A stretch of DNA of 64,000 nucleotides from Haliotis cracherodii (Eukaryota). The stretch spans positions 5,332,001-5,396,000 of the forward strand of contig NW_027266282.1 in the NCBI RefSeq assembly GCF_022045235.1, read 5' to 3'. Of the stretch, positions 1 to 14,200 are shown piece by piece (positions within the stretch are counted from its first letter, which is position 1; the number at the start of each line of letters is the position of its first letter). The notes beneath the pieces were generated by a model, which saw nothing but the letters and a program-made list of their open reading frames with translations, was not told the origin of the DNA and did no database searches. The translations under genes were made by a program, and so were the position numbers.

Positions 1-232
1 AGATACAACGGACATCTACGTCCTGATCGGGCAAGATCGTAAACGGTTTGTGTTTTTTGCGGAATCTGTATTTCAATTTACTAATTACAGACTGTGACAC
101 ATGTGTATTGACTGCATGTGATAAATAGCCTTGTACCAGTATGAACCATGTTATTTGTCATGGTGTATAGACAACGCATTATTGTTTGGACACCGAACGA
201 TGCCATAACATATGTTTTCATAGTTGTATGAG

Positions 233-277
233 TCACACACACACACACACACGCACGCACGCACGCGCGCGCGCGCG
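233..277. repeat. (CA)n(CGCA)n(CG)n alternating purine-pyrimidine tract
   Basis: Direct reading. Confidence 0.9.
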
Positions 278-1604
278 GACTGTGACCCCTTATTATTTAT
301 TAATAATATAAAAACATATTTTGTTTTGAATGTAATTTTGTTGTTGATTCTGAATCATATGTAGTGTTCAAATTGACAAATACTTGTATGTTATGTATTG
401 AAATGAAATCCGTATATTTATTTAACATTACAATATATCTGCAGGAGGTAACACTCAGATACTTGGGATTGGCGAGTGGTATGGTCGGTCAAGTTCCTAA
501 GGATCCTCAATTCGCTGTGCAGAGTTGCGTTTTCGTATGCATGACATCTAAAGATCCCGAGTTCGAATCCCAAATTAGCTATGATGATGATCCTTGATTG
601 ATGGGATCACCAAACTGGTAAACGTTTAAAGACCCGCATCAATCTTACCACGTGCACGTATGGTGAAATGCTGTTCAAGGCGATTAAAATGCAGCTCACA
701 TACTCTGTGTCAAAAAATGTGAATATAAAAGTAATGAATTATCCTCACTTAGGGATACTATCAAACATAATATGTACATGACAAATATACTTGGCATATC
801 AGGACAAACCCAAAGTCAAGAAACTTCAATAAAGTGCAAATAAGAATGTATTTATATATTCTGGGATAACAAGCCTTGTGCCAGTATGAACCATACTATA
901 GCCATAAGACATTTGTCATAATGTAGACACCGTATTGTCTACTGGACATCGAACGATGCCATAGCATGTGTTGTCATAGTTGTATTAAGTGTCCATGGTT
1001 GTCCGAATCACTAAAATCGGCTGTATTCACGTTCTATAAAAGTCATGCGAGTTAGGGGGCGATATTGAAATAATTCAGTATAACAATTTGCGGATTACAA
1101 AGCACGGACCGGGAGCTATGATTTCATTTGGTGTCAACGTGCAGCATTTTTTTGTTCGAATCCTACGTCATATCAGATCAATGAGCAGTCTACGCAAATG
1201 GATTGGCGACTCTAGTCACGTGATCGTTTCAGTGGCCTTATAGAAACGCGTTAAGCTCGCAACGAGCACACAAAGTGGATTGTTGCGCACCTGTGCAGGT
1301 GAGCCCCGGACTACTCCAGGATGTAAAGGTATGTGACTCCTGGTATCGTTCCACAGAGTGACGTTAGAGCCACGACTGTCGAAGGTTTATGTTTAAGTAT
1401 GGGCGTTAGTCTAAGTATCGCTCTACTGAATTACGCCCTTGACCATATTCCACTTATCGAGTCTATTGACACTATTTTGACAGATACAGTGACAAAGTCA
1501 CGCAACAGGTGTCCTACTTCTCTACTTACTCAATGGTTATCGATGCGTGTCTACTTTGCCATTTTGCAACTGCACAAAGTCATGACGGGGTCCTATTTAT
1601 AGAT

Positions 1605-1728
1605 GGGAATTTCCAAGCGCGCGTTCAATGGGTATTTTTAGCACATGGAATTTCCATGACTTGTTTGTATTGTTAGCTATTGGTTGTGTTCTTCGCTGTG
1701 GATAAAGAGACTGCAGTGACAGGTAAGG
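1605..1728 (+). promoter_or_regulatory. Candidate promoter / non-coding first exon with two kappaB-like sites
   Basis: GGGAATTTCC at 1605-1614 (NF-kB consensus GGGRNNYYCC), TGGAATTTCC at 1646-1655, reverse CCAAT near 1679, donor-like ACAG|gtaagg at 1722/1723. Motif match only. Confidence 0.3.
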
Positions 1729-2910
1729 TCCCGTGTGAAACTGTATCCATTTCAAGCATTCATTAACTTAATTTAAATGGTTCGGGTAATAAAACTTGGT
1801 TGACTGTATATGTCATAATATACCCCGGCGGTGTATGGTTTTGCTCATTATATTAACTACAGGTTTGTCTGGCCAAGACTCGTTAATTTAAGGCCACCGT
1901 AACATATATAACGAAAGATATTTGTGGCAACAATAAACAAGCAAACAAACAAAGAAATAAACAAATACATAAATATAAATATAAAAGATTTAATGGAAAT
2001 CCGTAAAATGTAACAAATCTCACTGAATTTGACCATGCGGTTATACATTCTCATTACTCTATACCACTATTTATAAAAAAAAACTGGCTCCCACAGGGGA
2101 TATCGCTTGGGTGAGATCAAGCGATATCTATATTGTGTCTTTTGATATCAAATAGATCAACACCCGTTGATACAAGTGAAAAAAATCCTCGGCAAGCATC
2201 AACTCGTGTTGATCTATTTAATAAAAAAACCTCATACGGATGACATTCTCTATTTCTCAGCTGACATCACCATGCCAATCTCATTTAGTGTTCCTGTAAA
2301 CAACATGGCAACTTCTACCATGTAACATAACTCATGGTATTACTTCAGGATCGGTTGGTCATGATCGGGCTCGCTGCCTTGGTTTCATGCATGTCATCGT
2401 ATCCTAAATGCTTAGATCGATCTCATGATGCCAATCACTTGATTATTTGGTCCAGACTCAGTTATTTACAGACTGCCGAGTGCGGCGTTAAACAACAAAC
2501 AAACACATTATGATATACTTTGGCACAGATGTTTTGCGTAGGTATTTTGTGGATGCCGCAATTCCTCAATTAAATGCTGGGCATTTGCTACTCTTGTGTA
2601 AACAGGTCAGTAAACAATGAATAAAACTTTTTTCGTTGTACATGCATGTGTGTTGTGATACGTATCTGATAATTTTTCTATGCATCTTGCATATTTTCAT
2701 CCGTACATACGCCGATACGGCCTTGTATCTTTATCTGGAGCCCTGCTGGGTATCGATTAAACGCCTGGGGTAAAGAGTGTCGAGGAAGTAGGGTACCTAT
2801 GCCATTGTCGAACTGTCCACGGGGGACCGGGGAAAATATGTTAATGGATCAAACATAACAATTAGTCTGACGTTAGTTCCTTCCCAGTTTTTTGTTTACC
2901 AGTCACATGA

Positions 2911-3176
2911 TTTGGTTGATTGGTTTGTTGTTTAACGCCGCATTCAGCAGTATTCCCGCTACATGACGATGATCTGTAAATAACCGAGAGTGGACCAGAC
3001 AATCCAGTGATTGATATGAGCATCCATCCAGGCAATTAGGATCGATAACATGCATCAACCAAGTCGGGGAGCCTGACCACCCGATCCCGTTAGTCGCCTC
3101 TGATGACAAGCATAGTCGCCTTTTAGGGCAAACATGAGTTGCTGAAGACCTATTCTACCCCGGATCTTCACTGGTC
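2911..3176 (-). mobile_element. Short retroposon family A, full length
   Basis: 13-bp TSD ACCAGTCACATGA (2898-2910, 3177-3189). Body shared with other copies. Confidence 0.9.
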
Positions 3177-3745
3177 ACCAGTCACATGAAACGTGAAGCA
3201 GCAGGATCAGGATATTAACTTCTTTCAATTCCATTTTCAGGCCAAAATGATACAATCAGGACGTTGTTGGCGGCATTCACAGCAATTATTTGTTTATATG
3301 ACAAGTAGATGATGAGATTCAATGGGGTTATACATCGCACTCAAGATGAGTGCACTTCTATAGCGACGTGTGAGCTCATGTGTGTGTGTTTGTGTGAATC
3401 GTTTGTCTTACCAATGTATGTGCTTTTGAATTTGTCTCTTTAACGCAATATCAATATTCCAGTCGGACTCTGGGTTGTGTGGACCAGACAGTCCGGTGTT
3501 TGACATCATGAAATGCACTGTGACATCCATCAAAGAGGTCACCTGACCACTCTATTTAATCAGTCGCAAGTTGCGACCAGCATTGGTTGCTGGAGACCTA
3601 CATTCTTACCCGAAATCTAAACCTTTGAAAGAGTTGGCCGTGTAGCGATTTTCTCCATACCACTTTTGTCTTTCAAGATAATTTAATATACCTTTTTGCC
3701 TTTCTTTCGTGTTTTTAACAGAACAAACTATGAACCCGGGGCACG

Positions 3746-5270
3746 ATGCCATACCAGTACAGCGTGACGTCCTTCACCTCTCGCGAGGTGTTGGACATAC
3801 TCCACCGCCCCGACTGGTCGAGGGTGATCCGAGAACCGCCCGTCAAGCCCAGGGCGGGGGAGGTGTTTCTTTTCCACTACCAGGATGACGGCAGGAAAGG
3901 TAAAAATACAACTAGCCGTGACCGAATGGCTTTCAAACATGTCGGTGTATTTAATTAAACATTGACTTCAATAATGTTTACCTCTATGGAGGTATATAAG
4001 ATACGTATATATATGCGATAAATTGCAAAGAACAAAGATGAACGAAGCGTTGTTCGTTTCACGATAAAACAATGTTCTATCATGACGTCATTTCTGGAAC
4101 ATGCGACCGCAACTTGATGACGTAAATTGGACGGCGTTATTTTTTGGAGGGAATTAAGTGTCAGGTAAGATGTAGCTGGACAACGTAGATGAACGCAATA
4201 GCTGACGGATCACACTCAAAAGTGGGAGAGATTATGACAATCAGTAGTGGGAGAAAAGGTGCAGATAATCCACGTTAACATTGTGAGAATACCAAACTGA
4301 ACCCCACTGTACATAAAATGGACTTTTCCGACACTGCCGAGGTCGGATGGTATTCTGGGAGTCATCATCATAGTATAAATACGGATAGAAGTTTCCAAAG
4401 CTTGTGCATTTTACTGACAATTGTGAAAAGACTGTACAAAATGTTGATATCTCATATATGAAATAAACGTAAAAACAAGGTGTGCACATAGTGTATATCT
4501 GCGTATCTCAATAAACTAATGAACGCAATATATGTATATTGCTTAACGAATCAGATACAACAGAAGTACTTTTAAATTAGTTGTCAAGGCTTCTCACTTC
4601 TTGGGATTTACCTTTTCTTTGATATATGAAGCTGTGCCTTTAACGATTTTACTCTGTCTTTTATTCTCGCCTGCAACGCTTTGATCACACCAGCAATAGA
4701 CGGACATAAAAGATATAATTGAAGTACCCCAATAAAAGACAATATTTCAAACATCCTGACATTATGTAATATTAGACAGAGGGTTTGTTGTTCATGACAG
4801 TGTTGCAAGTGTTAATTTGCACATATGGCATACTTTTATGATCTATTTTCTCCTTTCCAGATGACTGGAGATGTGATCAGTATCACTTTCAACATGATGG
4901 CATACGTAAGCAGCCCAGAGCTGATCCTAAATTTTACAAAAACTTCTTCGTACTGAGAACCAGTCGAGGCAAGGACAAACGATTCAAGAAACATGCTTAC
5001 GTTTTGATGGGAGACCACAATAACCTGGTCCTGTTTCAATATCTCGGGGATGAAAGTGTTGCTGTGGATCTTCCTCATGGCAATTCAAAGAATGCCTCCA
5101 ATTTATATACACGTCTCTGTCCTTCGGTCATCCAGGCTATTAAGGACATCACCATCAAACCAAGAGACATTCTACAACAGCTCCAGGATCAGGCACAGAC
5201 GTCTGCTGTTTCTAAGGTAAAGACGCCCCGATCATTGTCCCAGATCAGCAACACCAGGTGTCGGGAGAAG
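3746..5270 (+). CDS. CG-1-like / MULE-transposase-type N-terminal DNA-binding domain (exons 1-2)
   Basis: Spliced translation PPVKPRAGEVFLF..RKD|DWRCDQYHF..FKKHAYVL..LVLFQYLGD..PHGNSK..YTRLCPS..TPRSLSQISN. This resembles the CG-1 pattern (PPSGSLFLF..RKDGHNW..FQRRCYW..IVLVHYL), judged by eye. It is followed by a basic NLS (KKVKEKRRKKKKKR). Confidence 0.6.
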
Positions 5271-8200
5271 GGGAGACCCAAGAAAGTTAAGGAAAAAAGG
5301 AGAAAGAAGAAGAAGAAGAGAGTTTGTCAAGAGTTGGAACAAGACAACCCTACTGCCGCTTCAAATAATCTCACTCAGGAAAATCTAGTGTCTTCAAACC
5401 ATGGTACTGAAGGTGACATTCCTCAGGCAACCGATGTCATGTCTCCACAATCCAAATTAAATGAACTTGCGGAACTGTGTGAAACAATTTACCAAGAAAA
5501 CATGGCAAGGCAACCTAACAGAGTGGCTAGTTGTGATGATAGGATGTGCATTGATGAGGGAAATGTTTCAGGGACTGAGAGTCAAACATGCAGCTCTATG
5601 CAGTCTGCACAGTCAAACACAGGTCATGTGTTCTCTGGCAGCACTCAACAGTCCTCTCAGGATCCAGCAACAACTTCGCTGATGGAAATTGAAAACGCTG
5701 ACTGTGTTTTACCAGCAAATAATGTAAACATTGATATGGCAAACCTTAGTAATGTGGTTGAAATGGAAGCACCACAGAATATTTGTCTGATCATTCAAGA
5801 TGGCGGGGTATCCTCATCCGGTACAGTGGAATGTGATGGTGTCACAGATTCTGTTGAAAGACAAACACTTGATAACATTGCTGAAACAGTTGTGATGGAC
5901 GTAGATTTGCAGGCCACTGGTTCTAACGGTGATACTCTTCAACCACTAAAGGTCAGTTCTGTAGCTGAAACCACACATGGCTCCATGGAGTGCTTCTTTG
6001 AAACTCAAAACACTGGGCAGCTGACTGATGTCATTGCACTGATGAAAGAAACCTTGAAGACGGAAGTGGAGTTTGAAAACAAGGAGTTAACCTCTTCATC
6101 AAGCTCAGAATCTGCATGTTCTCAAACTTTACCTGTAATATATACTGGCAAGTCAACCTCACAAGACAAGACACCCCTACCAGAAACAGCTGTTTCTCTT
6201 ATTGCACAAGTATCCAGGCTGTGGGCAAGAGACTTTAAAGGGGCACGACAGTTAATACTCAAATCAGATTTCCCAGGAAGAGACATCCTAAATAATGTTT
6301 CACTGATGGAAGCGCTGGCAGCAGTTATTGTTGGCGCCTATGAAACCAAATCTGATTGTTTAACATTTCTGGAGACCTTGAAGGTTTATCCATGTCATCT
6401 GCTTAGGACATGGATTGAAAAGAGAGCTACAGACGTTGATCCTGATGCTCGGTACCGGATTGGTAACTACACAATCTCTGGAAGTGACATCCTGAGATTA
6501 GAGGGCACATCCTGGCTGGATGATAGTGTGAGTATGATGGCCTGTGGATACAAATAATCATACAGGTACTGGATCTCATGTTTCATCATTCATGTTTGCG
6601 GGTGGTTAGAGTGACTGTTTTGATGAAATGTTTTGATGAAATGAAGATTGCAAACCTTGGAATCAGCTACCTTATCAGCTGATTTTAAGAAGTCAGTTAT
6701 CTTGTACAAATTCATTTCCTGGGGTGTCCTAGCAATACAAACAGTTATAATCCACTCGTGATTATACGAACAGCTCTCGATATTAGGTTTTAATGTTGGT
6801 AGTGTTTTGGCCGTGTTAACATTTCAAGTCCTAAGACCATTTCAATGTGAATGAGTGGGTGGGTGAGAGAGTATATTTCTGCTATGAACAACTTTTCAGT
6901 ATCAGTTTATGTTGTTCTCCATTTGTACTCATTTAATTAATTAAGTTTTTTTTCACAAAGACTTGTGTTTGGTGTTGCAGGTCATCCATGCGTATCTGTA
7001 CCTGGTCCAGAAGCAACACAGCGATGCCAGGACACGGGATGTCAGGATATTGGAATGTTTCCACTATAAACTCTGGGAAAGGCAAAACTACTCTGAGTGG
7101 TTGTATGAACAGGTATAGAGACTCAAAGATGGCTGATAAGAATATGAAATCTGAATAAGTACTAAGAAACATCAAGTATGGGAGTCCATCTTAGGCCCAG
7201 TTAAATACAACTACACTTCTATAAAGGAAAAGGTCACGAAACTGTTAAATGTCAGAGACTTCTATTATTTTAAGCCTTTATCCCTCCCATTTAACTGACA
7301 CACATGTAATGATGATGATCATTATTATTTCCTTTCCACATACACTTAAACAACTGCGTTACAGATTCAGCTCAGGAAGTGCGACCTGGTGCTGATGCCC
7401 ATCTGTATCAACAGTCACTGGGTCTTGTTGGCAGCCAATGTACTGGATAGAACAGTGTGTGTCATTAATTCTAAGCCTTCAAAGGATCTAGAAACGGAAG
7501 TTACTCAGCACTGGATGTAAGTTGACACATTCATAACAATCATGTTGGTCTTGTATTCATGGTACATTTGCAAGAAAATGAATGTGGATGATAAAAGTGA
7601 GAAGTGTCTGGTGTACCCTAGTATTTTGAACATTGTACTTGCATTCATTATAATTTCACAGGCATATTGAATGTGAGTGATAACATTTACTTTTGCTCTT
7701 CACGTAGGAAGTATATGGAGTACCGGAGTCAGGCGGTAGAGGAAGAACTCAGGTCGTGGAAGCTGGTTCATTGCCCAGTGTTCCCACAGACTGACGGCAG
7801 CAGCTGTGGAGTGTTCGTTCTCATGGTGACAAGATCATATACTGTCTAAGTCAATGGGGACCATGTACTCACTATACTCACTACTATGTTTGTCAGGACA
7901 ATATACTCCAAATTCTTTAAATGTTTAGCAATAATTTAACATATTGAACATATAAAACTAATGAAAACAATAAACTGATGCGTACACCTACAAATTCCCC
8001 AGACTGGTAGTAAAGGTAGTTTTACAATAGAAAGATGAGCAGCACCAAATCACAACAACCCTTGAACATATTGAAATAAGTCAGTTTGTTATTTCATCAC
8101 TTCATGACTTGAGACTTCAAATTAGCATTACTATATAAATTATCCACAATTTCCACAAACATTTTTAGTCATTTAACTTTTTAATGAGTATGTTATTCTT

Positions 8201-11200
8201 ATACTTATTCTTAGTGTTGTTGTTGTTATCAACAATTCAGTTGCACACAAATACAAGATGTTTAGTTTGTTCATATTGTGTGAAAAAAATGTGCATGTAC
8301 AAAATATATATGACAAAAATCTGCATGTACAAAATTTATATGACAAAAAATCTGCATGTACAAAATTTATATGACAAAAATCTGCAAGTACAAAATTTAT
8401 ATGACATTGTCAATAAGTGATATGTCAAACGAGGTTTGTTTGTTTGTTTGTTGTTTAACGCCGCACTCAGCAATATTCCAGCTATATGACAGCGGTCTGT
8501 AAATAATTGAGTCTGGACCAGATTATCCAATGATCGACATCATGAGCATCAATCCACGCAATTGGGATACAATGACATGCATCAACCAAGTCAGCGAGCC
8601 TGACCACCCGATCACATTAGTCGCCTCTTACGACAAGCATAGTCCCCTCTGACGGCAAGCATGGATTGCTGAAGACCTATTCTACCCCTGGATCCTCACA
8701 GGTCTGTCAAATGAGTGTGGGTTTTGCAACTACACATATAATAGTATGAGCAAAAAAAAATATCAATAAAATCTAATTAAACAAAAAACTGTGGTATAAA
8801 CAGATGAAGGGTGACTAGCAGACCTGGCAAAAAGACGATTGTATAACCCTGAATATCTCCCTTTATCACTGTGAAAACTGTCACTTTCTACTGCTTCTCT
8901 TCATTAATTCTGTCCTGCAAAACTAGTATCTGTCAAAGCTATAAGATATCCGTGCTGTTAAGATGATTAGCGTTGATCCGGGGCAGTAAGTTCTGTCTTC
9001 CAATGGACGTTTTTACCTTGGACATTATTCCACCTGGAAATCTCCAGGTGGAATAAATATCCTTTTACACAATGCACAATATCATTTTGAGGGGAGTATA
9101 TTATGACAAATGGTATATTATACTAAACAGGAAATAGAAATGGTTAACCCACCAGCATGGTTATTTTCCTGATTTGTGATTCTGTGAACATGTTTCAGGC
9201 TGCAGAGGCTCTTGCTGCAGGAGTGGCGCCAGGCGTGATGAGGAACTGCCATGTGGCGGGGTACCGACAGTATGTGAAACAGAGACTGATGTCAGCTGCA
9301 GAGACGACACGCGCGGTGGAGGCCCCTACTGGGGCTGCAGGTGAGAACGCAGACCCTGAGATGCTGATGGTAGTCTCCCAGGCAGAGGACCAAGCACAGA
9401 CATCGACTGATGTGTCTGGCAGGGAGCCATCTATCATTGATTGTGAAATGAATGAAGATGAAAATGTGAAATCTTCAGAGGAAATGCTATGTGTTTCATT
9501 ATCTAGAGGTCAGAATGTAGATCCTTCAGTGGGTGAACTTGATCAGGCTGCTTTAGATGCCACTGGACTTGACGAGGTAGAGAAAACTGGAGACAGGAAC
9601 GTGAGTGTTGACAGTAGCATCCAAAGTGTTGATGAAACTGAGGCAGGAGAGGAAGATATGAAGGTCATCACAGCAGACGATAATGCACAGGATCAGTCAG
9701 GGCCCATGGAATCAGGAACTTTCGTTGATGATTCAACCATGTCTTGGGAACACCCACTTGGTGAGTTATCTTTGAGTGAAGTGTTTTTAGTGAGCAAAAT
9801 AGTTTTTCAATATTTAATAGATAATATCTCAATGTTAGATCTTTTGAAATGACAATATTTTATGTGATAATGGTCAGAATGGTATAAACGAATAATGGTG
9901 TAATAAGTCGCTAACTTAATTCACTTTTACACTTGCCATCATGACAAGGACACATGGCTTACAATGGTTCATTTTCTAGGGCATTGACTGGTGATGGTTT
10001 AATGGGTTAATCACAGGTCAGGTACACTCAGAATAGCAATGATGTTACAGTTGTTATTACAGTGAAGACACAAGGTGTTTGGGAAGCAGTGAGCACTACC
10101 ATTAGTACCCTTCTTGTGTCTACTTAGAAGTATTTACTGCATTTACTGGACGTGAAGTCCTGCATCCTGTACGCATACAAATGTAAAATGGATGCAGAAA
10201 AAAATACAGAGTGTATACACTGGGATGTAGAAATTGTGTATGCATGTTGAGAAAAAGATGCGATTTCATAATTTGTTACCACTAAAGATTAATTTCCAGA
10301 CATTGTCATAAAATAAATACACGACAGTCAAATGCTTCATGATCTTGTAAAACTTGTATATGATATTACGTATTTGATAAAATAAAAAAAACCCGAGCAA
10401 ATAATAAAGCTCCACCTGTCATGAAAACATGGACTTTGTCAAGTCACTCTATGAGAAGTACATGTTCTTTGAAAAGAATATATATATATACATCCTCAAT
10501 GTATTCAAATTCTAACATTTCTCTGGAACCTCCATTTAAAAAATAAATTGCGACCCCAGCAATTAACTGCTGAGAGACCCATGAAGATTCTGGGGTAGAA
10601 CATATAGTCCAGGCCCTTAGGGAGCCATTATGAGGTATTGTGCAGATGTGTCTACAAGCACCAAATTTGGCACAGGTGTAGACCAGAACATAATTAATCC
10701 ATTTTTGGAGGGCGCCAAAGCCGACGCTCACTGGGGCGGCCATATTGGCAAAATCCAAGATGGCCGCCAATCCCTATTTGATTTTTCCTAACTTCATACC
10801 CAAAAGTCATAGGATCCTGAATTGAGGCTCTTTTTGTAGGTTTTTTACCTCAAGGCTTCCAAATGTGATCTTTGTTTTGATGTAGAAGTGCTTTTTGGCC
10901 AATTTAGTGGTTGAAAACATATTTTATTCAAATCAAATATCTTTTTTATGGTCATTTTACCTCACAGAAAAAGTTCACAAATGAGAACAACATAAGAAAT
11001 ATAAAAAAAACAACATAACAAACTGTGCTTTGTTTTGACATACAAAATATGCTTTGGACAATTTAATTGTCAGAGTATTGAGGGCAAAAACTTCCTAGTT
11101 CAGGCTTAATTTTGATGCGACACAGTAATGTTATTTTCTGGTCTGCAAATGAGATGATGCACTGCTTGGTGGTTGATGGTTTATATTATTGAACACAAAA

Positions 11201-14200
11201 AGGTCACATAAATTGTTCCTTGCATGTATTTTGTTCTTCTTCCAGAAACGCTGAGAAAGGTTGTCATGACTAATTGGACATTACTCACACATAGGTGGCC
11301 TATATGGTTACTTGTCCAGTGAATGTGTTCATATTTTTCCATCTTTGAATTTGTGTTTAGCTGAATTGGCGAGAACAGTGGTGCTGGTGAAATAATAGTA
11401 AATTGTACCTGTGATATTGCGCCAACAATGGAAAGTTTCAATTGGGAACTTTGCTGTCTTTGCCAGTCAGATAAAAGTGGACAGTTGCAAACACCAAAAG
11501 AAGGAAGGACTTTTGACTCTTGACAGAGACCTGACTGACTTTAAGAAAATCAATGCCGTTCCGTCTGGTATTACAGTCGCCTTTGATCAACTAAATGATG
11601 GATCAGGTATTGCAGCAACACTCCGATCCAATAATGCTAAGTATCACAAAACGTGTAGGAGCTACTGTAGTAGTTCTCGTGTAGTTCTCGTTCTCAAGCA
11701 CCATACGACATGGACAAGCGCATGAGACACCATTCCCCCTTTACCAAGGCCTTAAGATGCACGGAGATGCACGACTTAAGAAACAGATCGAGAATGCCCA
11801 CGAATTCGGCCTATCAGTGTCCTATAGCCGTGTTATGGAGGTGAAACAAGCTATTGCACAAGCAGTCTGCAAGCACCATTCTGAGGATGGAATTGTTCTG
11901 CCAACAGTTGGACAACTTGGATAGTCATAACAAGGGAAACTTTTCACAGGATGAGTTTCATGGCACTGCTTTGAGTGCAACGAACCATCTATCTTGGGAA
12001 AACCAAGGAGTAGAGCGAGCTCCTATTCAACTGGATACTCTGATACTCTCTGATACATCTGTGCCCCAACTTCCAGAATCATATGCTATCATACATCCAG
12101 TTAAGTTACACAACACTCCCTTGTTTGTACCTAGAAGCATCAACAGCCAAATTCGACCATGTCATGATATGGTGCAGAGGACCAAGACGAAGGACGAATC
12201 CTGGATGGCACATGTCACCACAGTGCTCCAGCAGTGCACTTGTTCAGAAGAAGACATCACATGGTCAGGGTACAACTCTCGGCTCATGAGTGAGGACTCT
12301 CTGAAGCCTCAGGCAGTGATAGGGGTTTTTCCTCTCTTTCCAGACAAAGCAGCATCTCCATCCATGATAAAACATACAATGGAACTCACCATGCAAGGTA
12401 CAGAGTTCCTGAATCCCGGTCAGATGGGTGTTCTGGGTGCAGATCAGCCTATTTATGCTATAGCAAAGCAACTACAATGGACATTTCCAGACATTTTAGG
12501 AGAAGATAAGTTGGTTCTGATGATGGGAGCATTGCATATTGAAGACAAAGTTCATCATATGATTGGAAAGTTGTTGCGTGATTCAGGTTGGACTACAGTA
12601 CTTTCTCAGGCACAGGTTCTAACATCTGGCCGTGCTGAGTCAGTTCTTAATGAGCAGCACATCAAGCGCACACGTTATGCCCACCAAGTATCTGTAATGT
12701 CTCTTCACCTCCTTAAGCACAAGGCATATTCTACTTGCTGCTTGAATGTTCATGGACCACCTGAGTCACAGGAGATGTGGGATCAACGCTCCAGAACACA
12801 AAATCCGCAGTTCAAGTTCTGGTTTACCATCATGGAGCTTGAGCTATTGATGTATCGCTTCATTCGGTCTCTACGTGAGGGAGATTTCCTTCTCTATGTC
12901 CAAGTATGTGATGAGCTCTGCCCATGGTTTCATGTGATGGACCACACAAACTATGCAAGATGGCTACCAATACATGTGCGGGATATGGTCCAGCTGTCAG
13001 AGAAACACCCGAACATACATGCTGAATTTCTCAAAGGGAACTTTGTCGTTCAAAAGTCACCACACAAGTTCAGCCTCATTGGAAAGGATCAGTCACACGA
13101 ACAATCCAATAAGAGTCTACAGGCACATGGCGTAGCAGCAGGACTCTATGAGAACCCTGAAGCACTAAGACTCTTCATGTTGATAGGTCCAGACTGCTCG
13201 AGATGTGTTGCAGAGTTTGAAGCTGTCCTAGACACACCAAAGTCTAGCACTGTTCATCACGAAGAAGCACATAGCTTGCAAGTTAAGTATAGGAAGGATG
13301 TCCTGTCATTTGTTGAGATTGTTCAGCAGCTAGGCAATCCCTTTACTAGTGGTCAAGAACTTGTAGCACTCGACACACAAGAAATTATGGAACAGGAAGT
13401 CGTTACATCTCTCTCTAGGGTTCATGAAGTTGGCAAAGACCTTCATGCACAATACGCTTCACAGACACTTGATAAGGTGACAGTGCCAGTGTCAAACACT
13501 ATCCGACGTAATAAAATCCTGACATTCGCCAATCGTCCTGTTCTGACCAAAAAAGGAAACAAAACCAGTGGTTTACAGAAGAAAAATATGACTCTGATCA
13601 CAACACTCTTCCTTTCACTGCAATCACGACCAGATGTAGATATGGAAGAGTTTTTTCGTTTTGAAAATCAAAGGGAACCACCAAGTTTGGCTGATCGTGG
13701 TTCACTTCGACTCGGCAAAAAGTCTGATATTCTGGAATGCACCAAAGCGCCTTTAGTCGAGCACTTCCAGCCAAATTAGCCACAGTTGTTGTGCTTGACA
13801 TGGCAGCTGTTGTTAACATGGTGCGGCCCACATCAGCGAAGACATTTGCTGAGTATGTTACACAGCACATTGTGCCATTCCTGGAGTCCCAGATAACCGA
13901 AACAGTTGCACTTTTAGATGCCATATGGGATAACTACCCAGAAAACAACCTCAAATCCCTCACACATCAGCGTCGTGGTACAGGTCCACGGACTAGGATT
14001 GGGAATGGCCACACACGAATCCCAAAGCATGACTGGAACAGTGGATTTCTCAAAAACGTGGATAACAAAAAGGAGTTATTCTCTTTCCTCAGTGAGGAGC
14101 TTGTCAAAAAAGATTTGGGTGGGAGACTCCTTCTCAGTACCAAATTTGAGAGTGTTCTTTCCAATGGACCATGCGATGTATCAGCTCTCCAACCCTGTAA

